The position numbers were made by a program, and so were the translations under genes. This document shows positions 1 to 13,866 of a stretch of 64,000 nucleotides of DNA, one piece after another. Numbering within the stretch: the first letter of the stretch is position 1; each line of letters begins with the position of its first letter. The stretch is taken from the NCBI GenBank assembly GCA_951406725.2, contig OX597823.1, forward strand, positions 9,486,001 through 9,550,000. Reading direction: 5' to 3'. Source of the stretch: Octopus vulgaris. Lineage: Eukaryota. The notes below the pieces were generated by a model that made no database searches, was not told where the DNA came from, and saw only the letters and a program-made list of their open reading frames with translations.

Positions 1-292
1 TTCAATCTTACTGCGAGGGCTTTTGCGAAAATGTTTTCTACTATAGACTCGGGCTGGGTCTATAATGTGTGTTTATATGTGTATGTTTTTGTGTATGTGT
101 TTTTCCTCCCATCGCCGCTTCACGACCAGTAATTGTTTTGTTTACATCCCCACAACTTAGCTATTCAGCAAGAAAGTGCGATAGGTTAAGTGTTAAGCTC
201 AATACATTAGTTCTTAAGTCCCTTTGTTCAACTAAACCCTCCAAAGCGTTGCCCTAGTATGGCCTCAGCCCGATGACTGAAAAAGTAAAAGG
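1..292 (+). mobile_element. Degenerate SINE family C copy
   Basis: Weak similarity to 55462-55850 (gtttacatcccc..cttagc..; tail atggcctcagcccgatgactgaaaaagtaaaag). Confidence 0.6.
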
Positions 293-454
293 TATATTCA
301 TATGTTATTATTACAAAATCTATTCCACTGAGGCGAACTTGTCTTTCATGCTTTCGGGATCGATAAAATAAGAACCAGTTGAATACTTGTCCTCTTTCCT
401 TAACGTACCGCCTCTGGGCCAAAATTTGACATCATTATTAAAGAATCTTAGATG

Positions 455-598
455 TGTCGAGCTGGCAGAATCGCTAGCATATCGGATAAAATGATAAAAA
501 AAACTTTTATTCCGATTCCTTGCGTTCTAAGTTCAAAATTCGCCGAGGTGCACATTGCCTTTTATCCTTCTGCGGTCAAAGAAAGGAATACCAGTGGA
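455..598 (+). mobile_element. Partial SINE family B
   Basis: cgagctggcagaatcg..gttcaaaattcgccgaggt..gccttttatcctt, matching the copy at 10095. Confidence 0.7.
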
Positions 599-908
599 TC
601 TTTTCCTTTTGAACGCCAGTTTTCAGCACAATTTCTAGTTAACTAAACACTTTTAAACTTTGTATATTGGTATACAAAATAAAATTTAGGGTTAGCGTTA
701 GTGTTAGGGTTAGTGACAGGATGTTGTCTCAGTTTTAGACGCAGCAAACGATTTTAGCACAATAGAGGCCATCGATTGGTTAACATTCGAAAAATTAAAC
801 TACGTTAAACTTACAAATTACAATTTTCTGAAGAAAGCCAAGAGAAAAAAATGTTTTATTTTGACACATTCTACCAGTATACGAAGTTTAAAAGTATACG
901 AAGTTTAT
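595..908. mobile_element. Putative MITE with inverted repeats and TTAGGG-like units
   Basis: IR ttttaaactttgtatattggta (~651-672) vs taccagtatacgaagtttaaaa (~872-893); degenerate ttaggg units ~686-714. Confidence 0.4.
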
Positions 909-2289
909 GAGCCAGGCGTGGCTCGAGAAGGAACAAACAATATAAAAACAACAATGGATGTAATTCCAAATAGAAGTGATAACAAGGTTTTTGGAGCAGA
1001 ATTTGTAAAGTGACACGAAGTAGAAATGAAATGCGGATTTTAACTTTGAATCGAACAGGATGGAACAACATACTACAGGGAATTAACATGAACTGCATTC
1101 TGTGTGTCTCAGGATAACGCTATTTTGTCTATAATTGTATTCCGAAAGGTTTTTGATTCGTCACTTTAACATATTTCGTCAGTATGAAATTGGAATGAAA
1201 AGTGATTGCTTGTACACCTGTCTAACATATTAGTAGATCTGTAAATTTTTCGGACTGGGTCACGAATTCCATTTTCAGAATTTACAAAGTTTATAACTAT
1301 CACGTCCAGCATGAGCAACAGTAGCAGCACTACCAACCACAACCACCAACACCAACACCAACACCAACACCACCCCCAATGCAACAACAATAAAAATAAC
1401 ATCAACTGCAAAATGACAACAACATAAATAACAGAGATAACAGTGGCCCACAACAAATTATATTTCTGGCATAGGACTTCTTTTCCATAAAATAGTAAGA
1501 TGAAGACGTGGAACCGATTGACTGGTGTCCAAATACTATTAGAGATTTGGCTCTTCTCAGGGGAAAAAGGCAAAATAAAATGCTCTAAACGTAAAGGGAG
1601 AATCATTTTGGAGAGCTTTTCTTTTCCTTTCTCACAAGAAATCTATTTAAATTACTTTATCGAACTCCATGTTACGAAGGAGCAGCGATTGCACGTAAAT
1701 GTAAAATCTGTGCTACTTGATTTACAGTACATAATTGTTTGGTGTAGTTTTGAGCTCAAGCTTTTTAGATAGATATGCTAAAGTTTCGATTCCAACTCTA
1801 GGATTCTTAAGGTATAAGTCAATAATATATCGATTTCTTATTCTGATACACACACCACTTTGGAGAAATATTAAGTTGGTAACATGTATATATATATATA
1901 TCCATCAAGCTTCTCGGGACCAGATGCAAAATGCACGGGCTACCCCCAGGAAGCAAACGGCGGTGAAAAGTCATTAATATAGATAAAGTGTATTATTGCA
2001 ATTTGAAGTTTAATTTCATTAAACTCTATCTTTATTTGAAATTAAGATCATTTAGTAGATATTTGGTACTTCTATTTGTTTCGATAGAGAAAATAACTTT
2101 GAACGGTGACGTAATTTGCTACATTTAATTATTGAAGACTAATAATCCGTATCTAGTCTAGGGTCTTGCATAGTACTTTAATAATAGGACTAGACAATGC
2201 ATAAACTGCATCACATTTATGAAAGCATTAAAATCAGAAGTACAGAAGCAAACGAATACACACACACACATTTACACACACACACACAC

Positions 2290-2365
<76 letters not shown>

Positions 2366-2369
<4 letters not shown>

Positions 2370-2586
2370 ACATGGATCGCCATGTTGATTCGCTAGCTTC
2401 TGCACGCTTTTTTTTTCTCTGCTTGTTTCTCTCCTTGTTTCTTTTCTGTGTATCTTTCTGTTGAAGAGCGTAGGCTCGAAACGTAAAAGACTTTTCCTAT
2501 TTCTATTCCTGAGCGCCATACTAATACAATTGTTTGTTTGTATTCCACCTGCCTTCGTCTTTTGTTTATTTTCATAAAACTTCCCG

Positions 2587-2590
<4 letters not shown>
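2366..2590 (+). mobile_element. Short Penelope-like (pLTR) fragment between (TA)n arrays
   Basis: Related to 15835-16022 and 55208-55385; carries a hammerhead motif; 5' fold-back atcaacatgg-atcg-ccatgttgat. Confidence 0.6.
2453..2490 (+). ncRNA. Minimal type I hammerhead ribozyme motif (core mutated CTGTTGA)
   Basis: tcttt-CTGTTGA-a-gagc-gtag-gctc-GAAAC-GTA-aaaga; stems I and II pair. Confidence 0.65.
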
Positions 2591-2626
<36 letters not shown>

Positions 2627-2999
2627 CACGTCCCGCAAATAATTACTAAGGGTAAGCAGTTGGTGACATTTATTTAGTACAACACACAAAATAAACGAAC
2701 CGCAGGCGCGCGACTGAGTCGGAGGCAGATTTACTTCTGCTTTAATAGAGCGTAAAAAAAACCGTTGTTGTAGGAGTGTATGTAGTGCGTGTACTATGCT
2801 TAGTTTTGATACTGACATTGAAAGGCAGGGGCGAATTATGCCATCCTAATTTACAAAAACATTAAATATTTTGCAGTTTATGCATAATAATTAGAGTAAC
2901 TTTAATAATTTTATTGAATGAAGTGCATATTTTGCCATAATAGGAAAATGTTACTATCGATCTGTTTCATTCCCTCCCAGGCGGCACGTCCCTGATATG

Positions 3000-3383
3000 G
3001 ATGGGAAGCACTCCGTCGGTTACGACGACGAGAGTTCCGGTTGATCCGAATCAACGGAACAGCCTGCTCGTGAAATTAACGTGTAAGTGGCTGAGCACTC
3101 CACAGACACGTGTACCCTTAACGTAGTTCTCGGGGATATTCAGCGTGACACAGAGAGTGACAAGGCCGGCCCTTTGAAATACAGGTACAACAGAAAGAGG
3201 AAGTAAGAGTGAGAGAAAGTTGTGGTGAAAGAGTACAGCAGGGATCACCATCATCCCCTGCCGGAGCCTTGTGGAGCTTTAGGTGTTTTCGCTCAATAAA
3301 CACTCACAACGCCCGGTCTGGGAATCGAAACCGCGATCCTATGACCGCGAGTCCACTGCTCTAACCACTGGGCCATTGCGCCT
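3000..3383 (-). mobile_element. tRNA-derived SINE family A
   Basis: Pol III A/B boxes (tggcccagtggtt..ggtttcgattccc); near-identical to 23200-23563. Confidence 0.9.
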
Positions 3384-3387
3384 ATAT

Positions 3388-3440
<53 letters not shown>

Positions 3441-4949
3441 AAGAAATTTGGTTTATTTCCTCTGAAGCGCTCAACTAAAGCACCTGACTATCTACGCTCT
3501 CAAATTCGAATGTTTACAAAAACTTAAATGAAACTGGTGCAGACATATTTCTAATATTCCTTATATTTAATATTATTATTTTGACTTTTTAATTCACCAT
3601 TTCTTGTTTTCCTTTTATTTATTGTTTCCTCCTTTATTACCAGATTAAAGTAGCTTCACATTACAAATACAATCTGTAAGGGGAACAATAAAATTATGCA
3701 AGACTTTTCTACAGTATAAAATGTGACATTGATTTTGTTATCTGCATTCCAACAATGGAGGTTTTACCCTCTATTAGAAACCAGCCCCTTCCTCAGGGCA
3801 AGAATTTAGATAATTGGAATCAGAAGAGAACACAGACACTGAAAGGGCGCGCGATTGTGCGTGTGTTTATGCTTTTAATTTTAGGTGTACAGTATTGTCG
3901 CTTCTCTAAGAAAGAGTGAACCTTGTTACATCCATGTAGAGGACGCATTTGAGATGTTTGTGACTTACCTATGGACAAACTAAATAATTTACTGCATAAT
4001 AGGAAACATCTTTCGTTTTGCTGGATGTTTGCTATTATACACATGCAGTTGTGTGCCTGTGTGATTTGGCATATCTTCTAACGTCAAATTGACTTATATA
4101 AGAAAGAATGCGGGAGAGAAGGGACAAATAATGATAGTCTTGGCTTTTATAGTCATTGAAATAGATAATCGATAACTGGTTCCCATTTTATTTTTAGTGG
4201 AGAATCATAGAAAGATAATCTTATTAATTATTTCACTAAACCACAACTGATTGTGGACAACACTATCAAGTTGAATAGAACCATATACATAAATGGCATT
4301 TGTTTCAACAGCCCTGAAAGTTTCAGGTCAGAGTCAATATATTATGATTTACCTCGTAACTAACCTGACTTGAAACACGATATTTGTTTTTAATAAAAGG
4401 AGGACATGTTATATTTTTTGGTACAGCAATTAACGGCAGTAATAGAATATCATACGAAGAGCCTTGGAGATGATGCACAAAAATACATAACGTGTTATAA
4501 TTTTGTGTAGCGAAAGATGTGATTCTTTTGAGTATATCATATTTATATATTTACTTAAATACAGAAGTAATATAACACTGATTAAGGACATAACAGTATA
4601 TATGTTCATCCATACACGCTCCAAAATAACGAAGACCTACTTGTCTTTTATTCCCCATGAATCAATGGAGAAAGTAATATTGATGTGCTCGCATTAATTC
4701 CATCGTTCCTATCCTATCTGTATACATGTGACACTGTTCATACAAGAGATCAATAGATCAATAGAAATTCGCGCAAAAAACTTCGCATACAACTCAGAGA
4801 TCAGGTATGTTTTTGAATACAATATTGCTGCTATTACGTAAAAATTATTACATCGTATGAAGTTGGGTTTCAGTCAAATTCGATGATGAGCATCTAGTAG
4901 TTCGATCGACTACCCATCATAAATGCATGTAAAAAAGCTGCGCATTTTG

Positions 4950-5165
4950 CTGACACATGTAACCATTGCGATATTTCTCGGGGAGAACCAGTGTGGTACT
5001 ATGTGTGACATGGTTATAGGTTTGAATTACAGGCTTCTTTACTTTGTCAACCAAAGTTTGCTAAAAGCGAGGTCTTATGCAAGGGTTTAGACTATATGCG
5101 CGAGGTACTACGAAGTAGGATTGTACAACCGACCTCATGTTTGCAAAGGAAATTTCTGAACCAAT
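4950..5165 (-). mobile_element. Highly degenerate SINE related to family A body
   Basis: acacatgtaacc..ttctcggg..tgtgaca..tttgaattacagg resembles 3105-3190. Confidence 0.45.
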
Positions 5166-5196
5166 TTTAAAAACTGCACACACACATAAAAAAAAA

Positions 5197-5234
<38 letters not shown>

Positions 5235-5487
5235 TGAGAGAGAGAGAGAGAGAGTGAGTTAGAGAGAGAGAGAAAGAAAGACAGATATATATATATATTG
5301 TACACATGTATATATATATGTTATATATATGCATATATACACGTTTATATAGGTATATATAGATACAGAAGTATGCACTAACACACACACATACTCACAT
5401 CCCCACATACACACATATCCACATATATATATATATATATATATATACAACATTTAAGACAAATGTGAAGAGAGACTAAATATTTAT

Positions 5488-5581
5488 TCGCTTACAGCTG
5501 TTTTAAAATACGGATGTACATATAAATATATTTACACAAGTGCGCTGAAAAATTTAAATACCACAGTAATCTTCAGAACGA
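5488..5581 (-). ncRNA. Degenerate hammerhead motif with long stem II, close to a (TA)n array
   Basis: Minus strand tcgtt-CTGAAGA-(~65 nt)-aAAAC-agct-GTA-agcga; stem I pairs, GAAA mutated. Confidence 0.5.
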
Positions 5582-5844
5582 TTCATTGTAGTTCAGCTCT
5601 AATAAAAAACCCGAGCTGATTCAATATGTATCACGGATGATATTTATACTTAGCAGATTTACGGAAGCAGTACCCAGAGATCAATACAATTTCAGCGAAA
5701 AAACGTTAGAGAAATGCCATATAATTAAAAGCTCTAAATATAATAATCAAAGGATGAGGAAACTGTAAGTGTACATTAAAAAAAGTTGTTTTTATCAACG
5801 AATTTACTTCTAAAGAATATATACTTACTAAAATAGATCTAAGT

Positions 5845-6092
5845 GGAGGCGCGTGGCTTAGTGGTTAGGGTGTCAGCATCATGATCGTAAGATTGTGGTT
5901 TCGATTCCTGAACCGGTCGACGCGTTGTGTTCTTGAGCAAAACACTTCATTTCACGTTGCTCCAGTCCATTCAGCTGGCAAAATGAGTAACGCTGCGATG
6001 AAATGGTGTCTTGTCTAGATGGGGAACATATACGCCATTGAAACCGTGAAACCGGGCCCATGAGCCTGGCTAGGCTTTAAAAGGGCGCATTT
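5845..6092 (+). mobile_element. tRNA-derived SINE (family D)
   Basis: A box tggcttagtggtt, B box ggtttcgattcc, CORE-like ttgagcaaaacactt; tail shared with 63416-63712. Confidence 0.8.
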
Positions 6093-9000
6093 GTTTTTAT
6101 TATTAAAATAGATCTAATGAATCGTATGCGGAGACCAAACCAATCTTCTTGCAACTTTGCGGATTCATTTACGACATCTAAAGACCAGGCAGTGGTGTTA
6201 GAGTGCGTAACGTATTAAATAAATAGAATGCTAAATAAATCTTTCCGCACAAGTCCAGTGTTGAAGGTGCTATTGAGGAAACTTTATTAAATATTTTATA
6301 ACATTTATCAACTTAGCGGCCATTACATTCTAAGTGATTGGTGGTGTCGTGCTAGAAGTACTCAAAGATTGCAAATATCTTCTTTTTGAAATGTCTTGTA
6401 AACATTGCTTTGGCAATGACATTTGAAGGCAGAAGACGGTCAGCAGCTCTAACAGCGGGGTGGATGAAACAGTAGAGTAGTCTACAGTATTAAATAATCT
6501 TCTGCAACTATCCATTTATGCTCAGGGTTGAAATTGTAGTAGATTTGCCGTGGTCTATATATTATATCTATTTATTATTTACCAATAAAATCGTCTTTGT
6601 TGATAATCAAATATAAATACATTTAAAATTGATTTTGTTGTCATCCAGAAAGACAAGGGCATGAATCACTTTTATTTATTCACTTTAATTTATATTACAA
6701 AATATTTTCAAAAGGTCACGAGGCTTTCAACATTCCATTTCACACAGTCAAGTGCTTTGGATTAGGAGCAACTTTCCACATGAAGTAATTTAATTTTACT
6801 ACGAAATACCTTTAAATGTTATAAATCTACACAATGCAATTCTCTTATTTTGACATTGCACCTATGTAATAAATCTATAAATAAGTAGGAATGCCACATT
6901 TAGAATATAAAATATGCCTAATTATATGTATGTTATTGAATTCCATCTGTGAACAATATAAATCATGCAAAATTTACGTTCTCCATAAACATTAAGCCAC
7001 AATCAAAGCAACGATAGCTTAAGACAAAATAATTTGAGATAAATATTTTACTCATACCAGGTAAACAATTTAATTTCAAAACATGGTATTCTCAACATCT
7101 GCTTTCTTAGTTAATAAATACTCGAATTTCATAAAACTTTCAGGAGTTATTTATACTGGTAACATATCATAAGATATCTTGTCATCAAACAGATGCCTCG
7201 AGGAGAATGAATTAACTCGATGTCCACGTTTTAGGTGTGCATATTTTGTGATGCATTATCGAAGAAGAACAGTGTAATAAAGTTAACTTTATATTTAGTT
7301 TCACGAGATAATCGGAGGATACAGAGCAATGTCCGTAACATTTTACATGGTTTACGAGTATTACGACAAAGAAACGTTCAGTAGAGTTGATTAGACTGAA
7401 AACACATTGCATGGAACCGGAAGGTCGATTCAGTGTAGTTAAAAAAAGACGCATACATTCCATCTGAAATTACTGAATTCGATCTCATCTATAACAACTA
7501 ATTTCTTTCACAACTTTGTTTAACAAACTGCATTTTCCTTAAGGATATCTACACAATGTAAGATAGCAGATGAACACCCAGGCTTTCCCGACCGACACAT
7601 CTCTGTTCCTCCCTCTTGTAGAGTCAAACCTCCCCACACGCTGCACTAATCATAGCAGTTAGCTGCCTTTCATTGTTAGAACGCCGGCTCCCAGGAAGTC
7701 CCTCTTTGTTCATGTCCTGACTTGCAAATGTTAAAAAGAACATTGATTGCATGATTCTGATTGGCCTAGAAAATCCTGCGAATACTATATGCACTGCTTC
7801 CTCCTTCAGAATCTGTAAATAAAAGAAACAAAATTAACGTTCCGATGTTACCTGTTAATATATTTCAATGATTGAGATATTAATGCAAACAGGTGAGGTT
7901 GTATCTTAGTACTGGCCTTTTTCCTGTAGTAACCTAACTCCTATTATTTACGTAAACATTTATGATATTTTCTGTTTGCTTCATTTAATGTAACCCATTT
8001 AAATTTCCCACGTTGAAATGACTTTCATTGCACTGAATGCGGAATATCTCATAAATTCTTGCAGGAAGCATACAATTGCAAAGAAGGATAGCAATCTTGG
8101 CAAAGCATTTATCTCCACTACTGTTTCTGTAAACTCATTGCCATCTCCTCGACTTTTGTAGACACTTGGCTCTTGATAGTAATTAAAAGTAGATGTCATT
8201 AGATTAATTAGAAAGTAGATATATCTGAAACCTCTATAATGAATAGTATTCTTATCTCACTGAATCATTTCGGTATAGAATAGACATTATCTATAGCTTC
8301 TTATGTGTTCTCACATAGTAATATAGTATCTGCTGCGCCACCAATTCGTCGACCAGTTCATTTATTAAATCTAAATGCAATTTTAGATTCCGCTACAATA
8401 ATTAGCACTTAGCAATAGTATTCTGTGTTAACCTTGTGCTCATTAAAATCTATTAACTGTTTAGATCGAATCAGACATTGTTGGATCCATGGTGTATTGT
8501 ATTTAATGTAATAGTTTAAACAGATAAAAAATACCTAAGCACTTCAAATTTATACAACAGTAAATGCAATCAATACAAACATGAATGGTGACACGACAAT
8601 AGAAATTCTGAAAGTAGCAATGTTTTTATTAAACAAGAAGTAATTGGAACAGCTGGCAACATTCCTTTTTGTAAACTGTACATCATAGAAGGAAAAAAGT
8701 ATTGCAGCAGAAAAGAATCAAGCAATTAATAGGAGAAAAATATAGTGGAATATTGCAATGTTATGTATCTATAAAGAAATTCCACTGTGAAGTACAAATA
8801 TATATGTATATTTGACTTGTCGGAATTTTAAATTTCGAAAACGTGGAGCTGTAGTAAATACAATAGGCGTCACATTATGGCGCTACCGATTTTATCTGTG
8901 GTCAAACCAATGAGAAATGTTACGCTATTGGAGTTTAAACATTGAATACATTTAGAAGATTGTTGGATATCGAATATACTTTGAAGAACTGTATTATACA

Positions 9001-10094
9001 TTACACAATTGACTTCACAGAAAGTAAAAAAAATGCGAAGATATATATATATATACATCGTTGTTTGGCATGATAAATGTTTTCTTTTGTTCCTCTATCT
9101 TAAAACGTCAGGCTTAAAATCAACAAATGTCACATTATGCTATGTATATACAGAAACGTTTTATATAAAATAACAAATGAAACATGAGGGTGGCTCACTG
9201 CCAGAAAGTCTTGACCATAGGCTGACTTGTTCAGAGATGACTAACTACGGCAGACCAGAATGAATATTACGATGTTTTAAAACATCTCTATTGTGTTTCT
9301 ATTCTAAAAACCTTACGTACAACTAAGACAACGAGCGAAAAAAGAAACCTCTAAAGTTACACTGTAGTGAATTCGCTCTGACCACAAGAAACAGGTTGAA
9401 AGAATAGGCCACATTTGCCACTGGAATTTTAGACACTGTGAAAGACACGACAGGCAGGGCTGAAAGATTGCCTTTAAAAGTGAACAATTGGAGCTGACTT
9501 CATGCTAGAAACTTCAGTCAAGGACAACATGTACTAATAAATAACCTTTTACTAAAAGTACTGCATCTGTAGTTATTTCAAAATAAGATGAGCAGAACGA
9601 GTTATAGCAATAGTTTCGCCATAACATTCATCATCACACGATGAAATAGCAAGAATTTACGAAGGTTGCTCTACACTACTGTTATAGAGGCGGGGGCGGG
9701 GGGGTTTCTGGGTAAAACTTGCCATGCAAGAGGGAAAATAATTATCAACGTATCTGAGGGTAGTGGAATGGTAGAAAAAATATCATGATCGACAAATTCA
9801 TGTTGGGTTTAATTTAGCCTTTCATCTCTCGTACTGAATGGACTAAAGATAAATGGAGCCGATTTCACTGCCACATATTTGAATTTGCGAGGAAAATATC
9901 ATCTGGGATGGGTTGAATAAGATGGATGGATTTAAAGGAGAGACAAAGTCTTGAAACATCTCAGAGTTACTGGAAATCATTGTTGCTGACACAGTTCTTG
10001 GCTGTAAAGGAGGGTGAGTGGCAGTGTTGATGTCCATCTCACTCAAGTGGTTGGTTACCAGTATGAAATTGTTGGCTCGTATGTAAGTTCAGTA

Positions 10095-10330
10095 AGGCGG
10101 CGGGCTGGCAGAATGGTTAGCACGTCGGGCGAAATAGGTAGCCGTATTTCGTCTGCTGTTACGTTCTGTGTTCAAATTTCGCCGAGGTCGACTTTGCCTT
10201 TCATCCTTTCGGGGTCGATAAATTAAGTACCAGTTACGCACTGGGGTCGATGTAATCGACTTAATCCATTTGTCTGTCCTTGTTTGTCCCCTCTGTGTTT
10301 AGCCCTTTGTGGGTAGTAAAGAAATAGGTA
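10095..10330 (+). mobile_element. SINE family B, full length, with target-site duplication
   Basis: ggcggcgggctggcag head, gtcgactttgcctttcatcctttcggggtcga body; TSD gtatgt(a/g)agttcagt on both sides. Confidence 0.9.
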
Positions 10331-10594
10331 TGTGAGTTCAGTGGTATGGAGTGTATGTTCTATATCTGTACAAATACCCACTAACTTTTTCTGTAAGTCA
10401 ATACACGCTTCAAACACAACAGCATTATATTTGGAAGATACATCTCTTATACCACTTGTTTTATGAATGCATTCAACAATAATGCACCTCCCTTCTGCAA
10501 TACTATTCGGTGTAAATTGTAGCACTGGATTAAGTTTACAAGTATAAGAAGTGCATTTCAGAATATTTGAAACTATTTTAGTTATAACACCCCA

Positions 10595-10955
10595 CACCCA
10601 AGAACGCTAGGCAAAGCAATTCAACCGGGAAGCTAATGCTGGTCACCTTTTCGACAGTAAGAGCATCATCTACATCCAGTGGATTCCCTCTGGCCGAACA
10701 GTCAACAGAGAGTGCTTTGCAGAGGTCTTGAAGAATTTCAAGAACTAATTTCGTTGCAGAAAAACCAGCGTTCCCTCATTCGGGTCTATGGCACCGGCAA
10801 CAGGACTCTACACCGGTCTACAGTTTGATCCTGGCCACCAAGAACTTTACAGTCAAAACTGTCACTCGGTCTCCTTACGGTCCAGACCTTGCTCCCTGAG
10901 ATATTTTCTTACTCGACAAATGAAAAAGAACCTCAGAGGCAATCATTTTGAATAC
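10595..10955 (+). mobile_element. Degenerate mariner transposase fragment
   Basis: Frameshifted translation GKLMLVTF..DSKSIIYIQW..GRTVN..QQDS..PYGPDLAP*D..MKKNLRG. Confidence 0.8.
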
Positions 10956-12000
10956 AACTTAGCTATAGGTGAAAATAGTTGTAACATGAGAATTAATGAT
11001 GCTATTCTTATATAAAAATAAACCAGAAATTAGCAACAGAATTGAACCGAATTGAAAAGCGTGAAGTTAACATTGTAACTACTTTGCTTTTCTTCAACTA
11101 GCCTTCTCCTAATTTCTAAATTATTTCTCACACACATTCACAAAATGATAGCAACATATTTTGCCACACACTATCATATGAATATATTACTTCTAATTTA
11201 CCCACACTGCAATACTTCAAGCAAATTTATATTGTCTTTCGTAAACGAGACTTTATATATATAACAACATCATTGTATAATCAAAGAATCTGAAGTAGTC
11301 ATTAGAAATCCATCCATCAGAAATTGTGACCTGAACATGACATATCTGCTTCAGGAACTCACATTAAAGTGTACTGCTGACGCCTTCCCTTAGATGTATA
11401 TCTGAGTGAATACAATAACAAACTCCTTTTTATTAAACTACATAAAGACTATCCCCACCATTTCTTTCTCTCTACTTATACCTTACAAACAATTATTTTC
11501 CTCTTGTCTCTCCTCCTTTCTTACGCAAGCACTTCCATATACTGACTACAGTACATCTAATTTCCATTTATATTGATCGATCATTCTAGGAACAGCGTAC
11601 CATGAACAGTATATGTAAGGCTTGAAAGACCACAGTCCGATGACGCCCAGTAAGCCGACTCATCGAAATCTCTGTAAGCTTTTTATCTTTTAGAAAGAGT
11701 AAATATGACCTCAAGTAAAAACATTAACAGATATTTCAATTTAATGATAAATAAATTGATTTTTTATAAATATAATTAATTACAAAATCTAACATTTATA
11801 TCGTATGTAAAACTAAATTTTAATTCAGTTAAAAGAAACTCAAAACATTACCCCTCCCCCGTACCATTCATAAATTACGCTATAACCTCCATTAGTTGAT
11901 ATAATTGTGAATAGCCCCCACTATTTTAAGATTAGCGACCTACTATATTTCCTATTGTGACTCTATTGTGTTTGTACATGTGACTATATTTGTGTATACC

Positions 12001-12417
12001 TATTTATTTACTACCCACAAGGGGCTAAACATGGACGGGACAAACAAGGACAGACAAATGGGTTAAATCGATTATATCGACCCCAGTACGTAACTGGTAC
12101 TTATTTAATCGACCCCGAAAGAATGAAAGGCAAAGTCGACCTCGGTGGAATTTGAACTCAGAACGTAGCGGCAGACGAAATACTTATTTCTTTATTACCC
12201 ACAAGGGGCTAAACACAGAGGGGACAAATAATGACAGACATAGATATTAAGTCGATTACATCGACCCCGGTGCGTAGCTGGTACTTATGTAATCGACCCC
12301 GAAAGAATGAAAGGCAAAGTCGACCTCAGTGGAATTTGAACTCAGAACGTAGCGGCAGACGAAATACCGCTAAGCATCTCACCCGGCGTGCTAATGTTTC
12401 TGCCAGATCGCTGCCTT
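12001..12417 (-). mobile_element. SINE family B dimer (head-body-body)
   Basis: Body duplicated; perfect 21-bp TSD gtgactatatttgtgtatacc at 11980-12000 and 12420-12440. Confidence 0.9.
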
Positions 12418-13495
12418 AAGTGACTATATTTGTGTATACCGTTATTGTTTCGCCTCCCTGATTGTTGCTGTATCCTTCCTAACTTTCTCTCTACCCTATT
12501 CTTCGCTAAGTATGACCGCTCTTGTCAACGGAAAGCTTGTTCTTTTTTTCTTCTTTCTTAAGAGTGTCACAAACGTACATTGATATTATACAAATATATT
12601 AATATTATAGGTAGATTATCTCCCGAAATATAAGACATAATGGAGAATCGAGACATTAGTATTCGTTAAACAAATCTGTGTGTTTAAAATGCTACGATAC
12701 CCGTCATCACACCTTACTTAGGCTTGGGGGTAATTTAGAATATACACAAGCATCTAAAGGAATATTTCATATTTGTTTTTATTTGCATTCAGCAATCTTT
12801 ATTTCCCCGAGATTTATTCAATATTAGAATATGATTTTTGCAAAGGAATATTCATGCATTGAAGATATTTTCATATGACTGACTCTGCCCTAGCATCAGG
12901 AATTGAATAAAGCAAAATAAGCTAACAAATCACCGATTCGTTTGTCTGTTTCAGATATTGTTCTGTATCATATAACGTTATTAATCTCTGAGCTAAAATA
13001 CATTATATTGAAAATCTACAATAGCAAAAGCTATTCTGATTCGTTATTTTAATTATCTCTACGCAATAAAAGTGTTGCTAATAGCAAAATATCAACTTCA
13101 AGAAATCAAGTCTGTAGTGTCTATTATTTGCATATATAAACGTTTATGATATTATTGTTGTAGTTGTACACATCCAGGTCAATCCTGCAGAGAAAATGTA
13201 AGGTCAACTATAATCGAAAACTGACCGTTCCTTCCCTGTCTTGTGAATTGCGTATCGTATCAATGACTGCATTATCCTTTGTGTCCTTCACTTTTCAAGA
13301 TGGTTGCGTGTAGTTTAAAGGTGTAACTCCTATTTCTAGCGCATCTTGTTACCTTGTTGAGACGACTTAATACAACCGTTATTTTTCCAGAAGACCTCAA
13401 AGATGAGGTAGGAATTCAACCCAAGTACATAAACTATTAATTGTTTTATCAACCTTTTGCATGGTTGATAATGTCAAGTAGCAATTTGTAATTTT

Positions 13496-13866
13496 ACTCA
13501 TCTTTTACATGTTTCAGTCAATGGATTTGCGGCCATGCTGGGGCATCGACTTAAAGAGTTTTATTCGAACTAATCGCCCCACTGGGCTTTGGTACTTACT
13601 ATACCCGTCTCGTTTATCGAAACGTGAAGTTGCGAGGGCGTAAACATAACAACACTAGTTGTCAAGCGTTGGTGGGGGATAATCACAGACACAGCGATAC
13701 ACATATTATATAATATATATACATATATATACGACAGGCTTCATTCAGTTTCCGTCCACAAATCCACTCACAAGTCTGTGGATCCGCGCAATGTGCCAAG
13801 CAGTAGGGCTGAACTCGGGACCATACCGTCGGGAAGCAAGCTACTTACCACATAGCCACACTATGT
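13496..13866 (-). mobile_element. SINE family C, diverged
   Basis: Similar to 45446-45892 and 58040-58439. Confidence 0.8.

Noticed and set aside
686-714. Telomere or interstitial telomeric array
   Set aside because: Only about five degenerate TTAGGG units inside a probable MITE
8015-8095. CTEC zinc-finger-like peptide
   Set aside because: No His pair and an early stop; chance match
10223-10597. 124-aa minus-strand ORF
   Set aside because: Partly antisense SINE; no recognisable domain; stops appear once the SINE is removed
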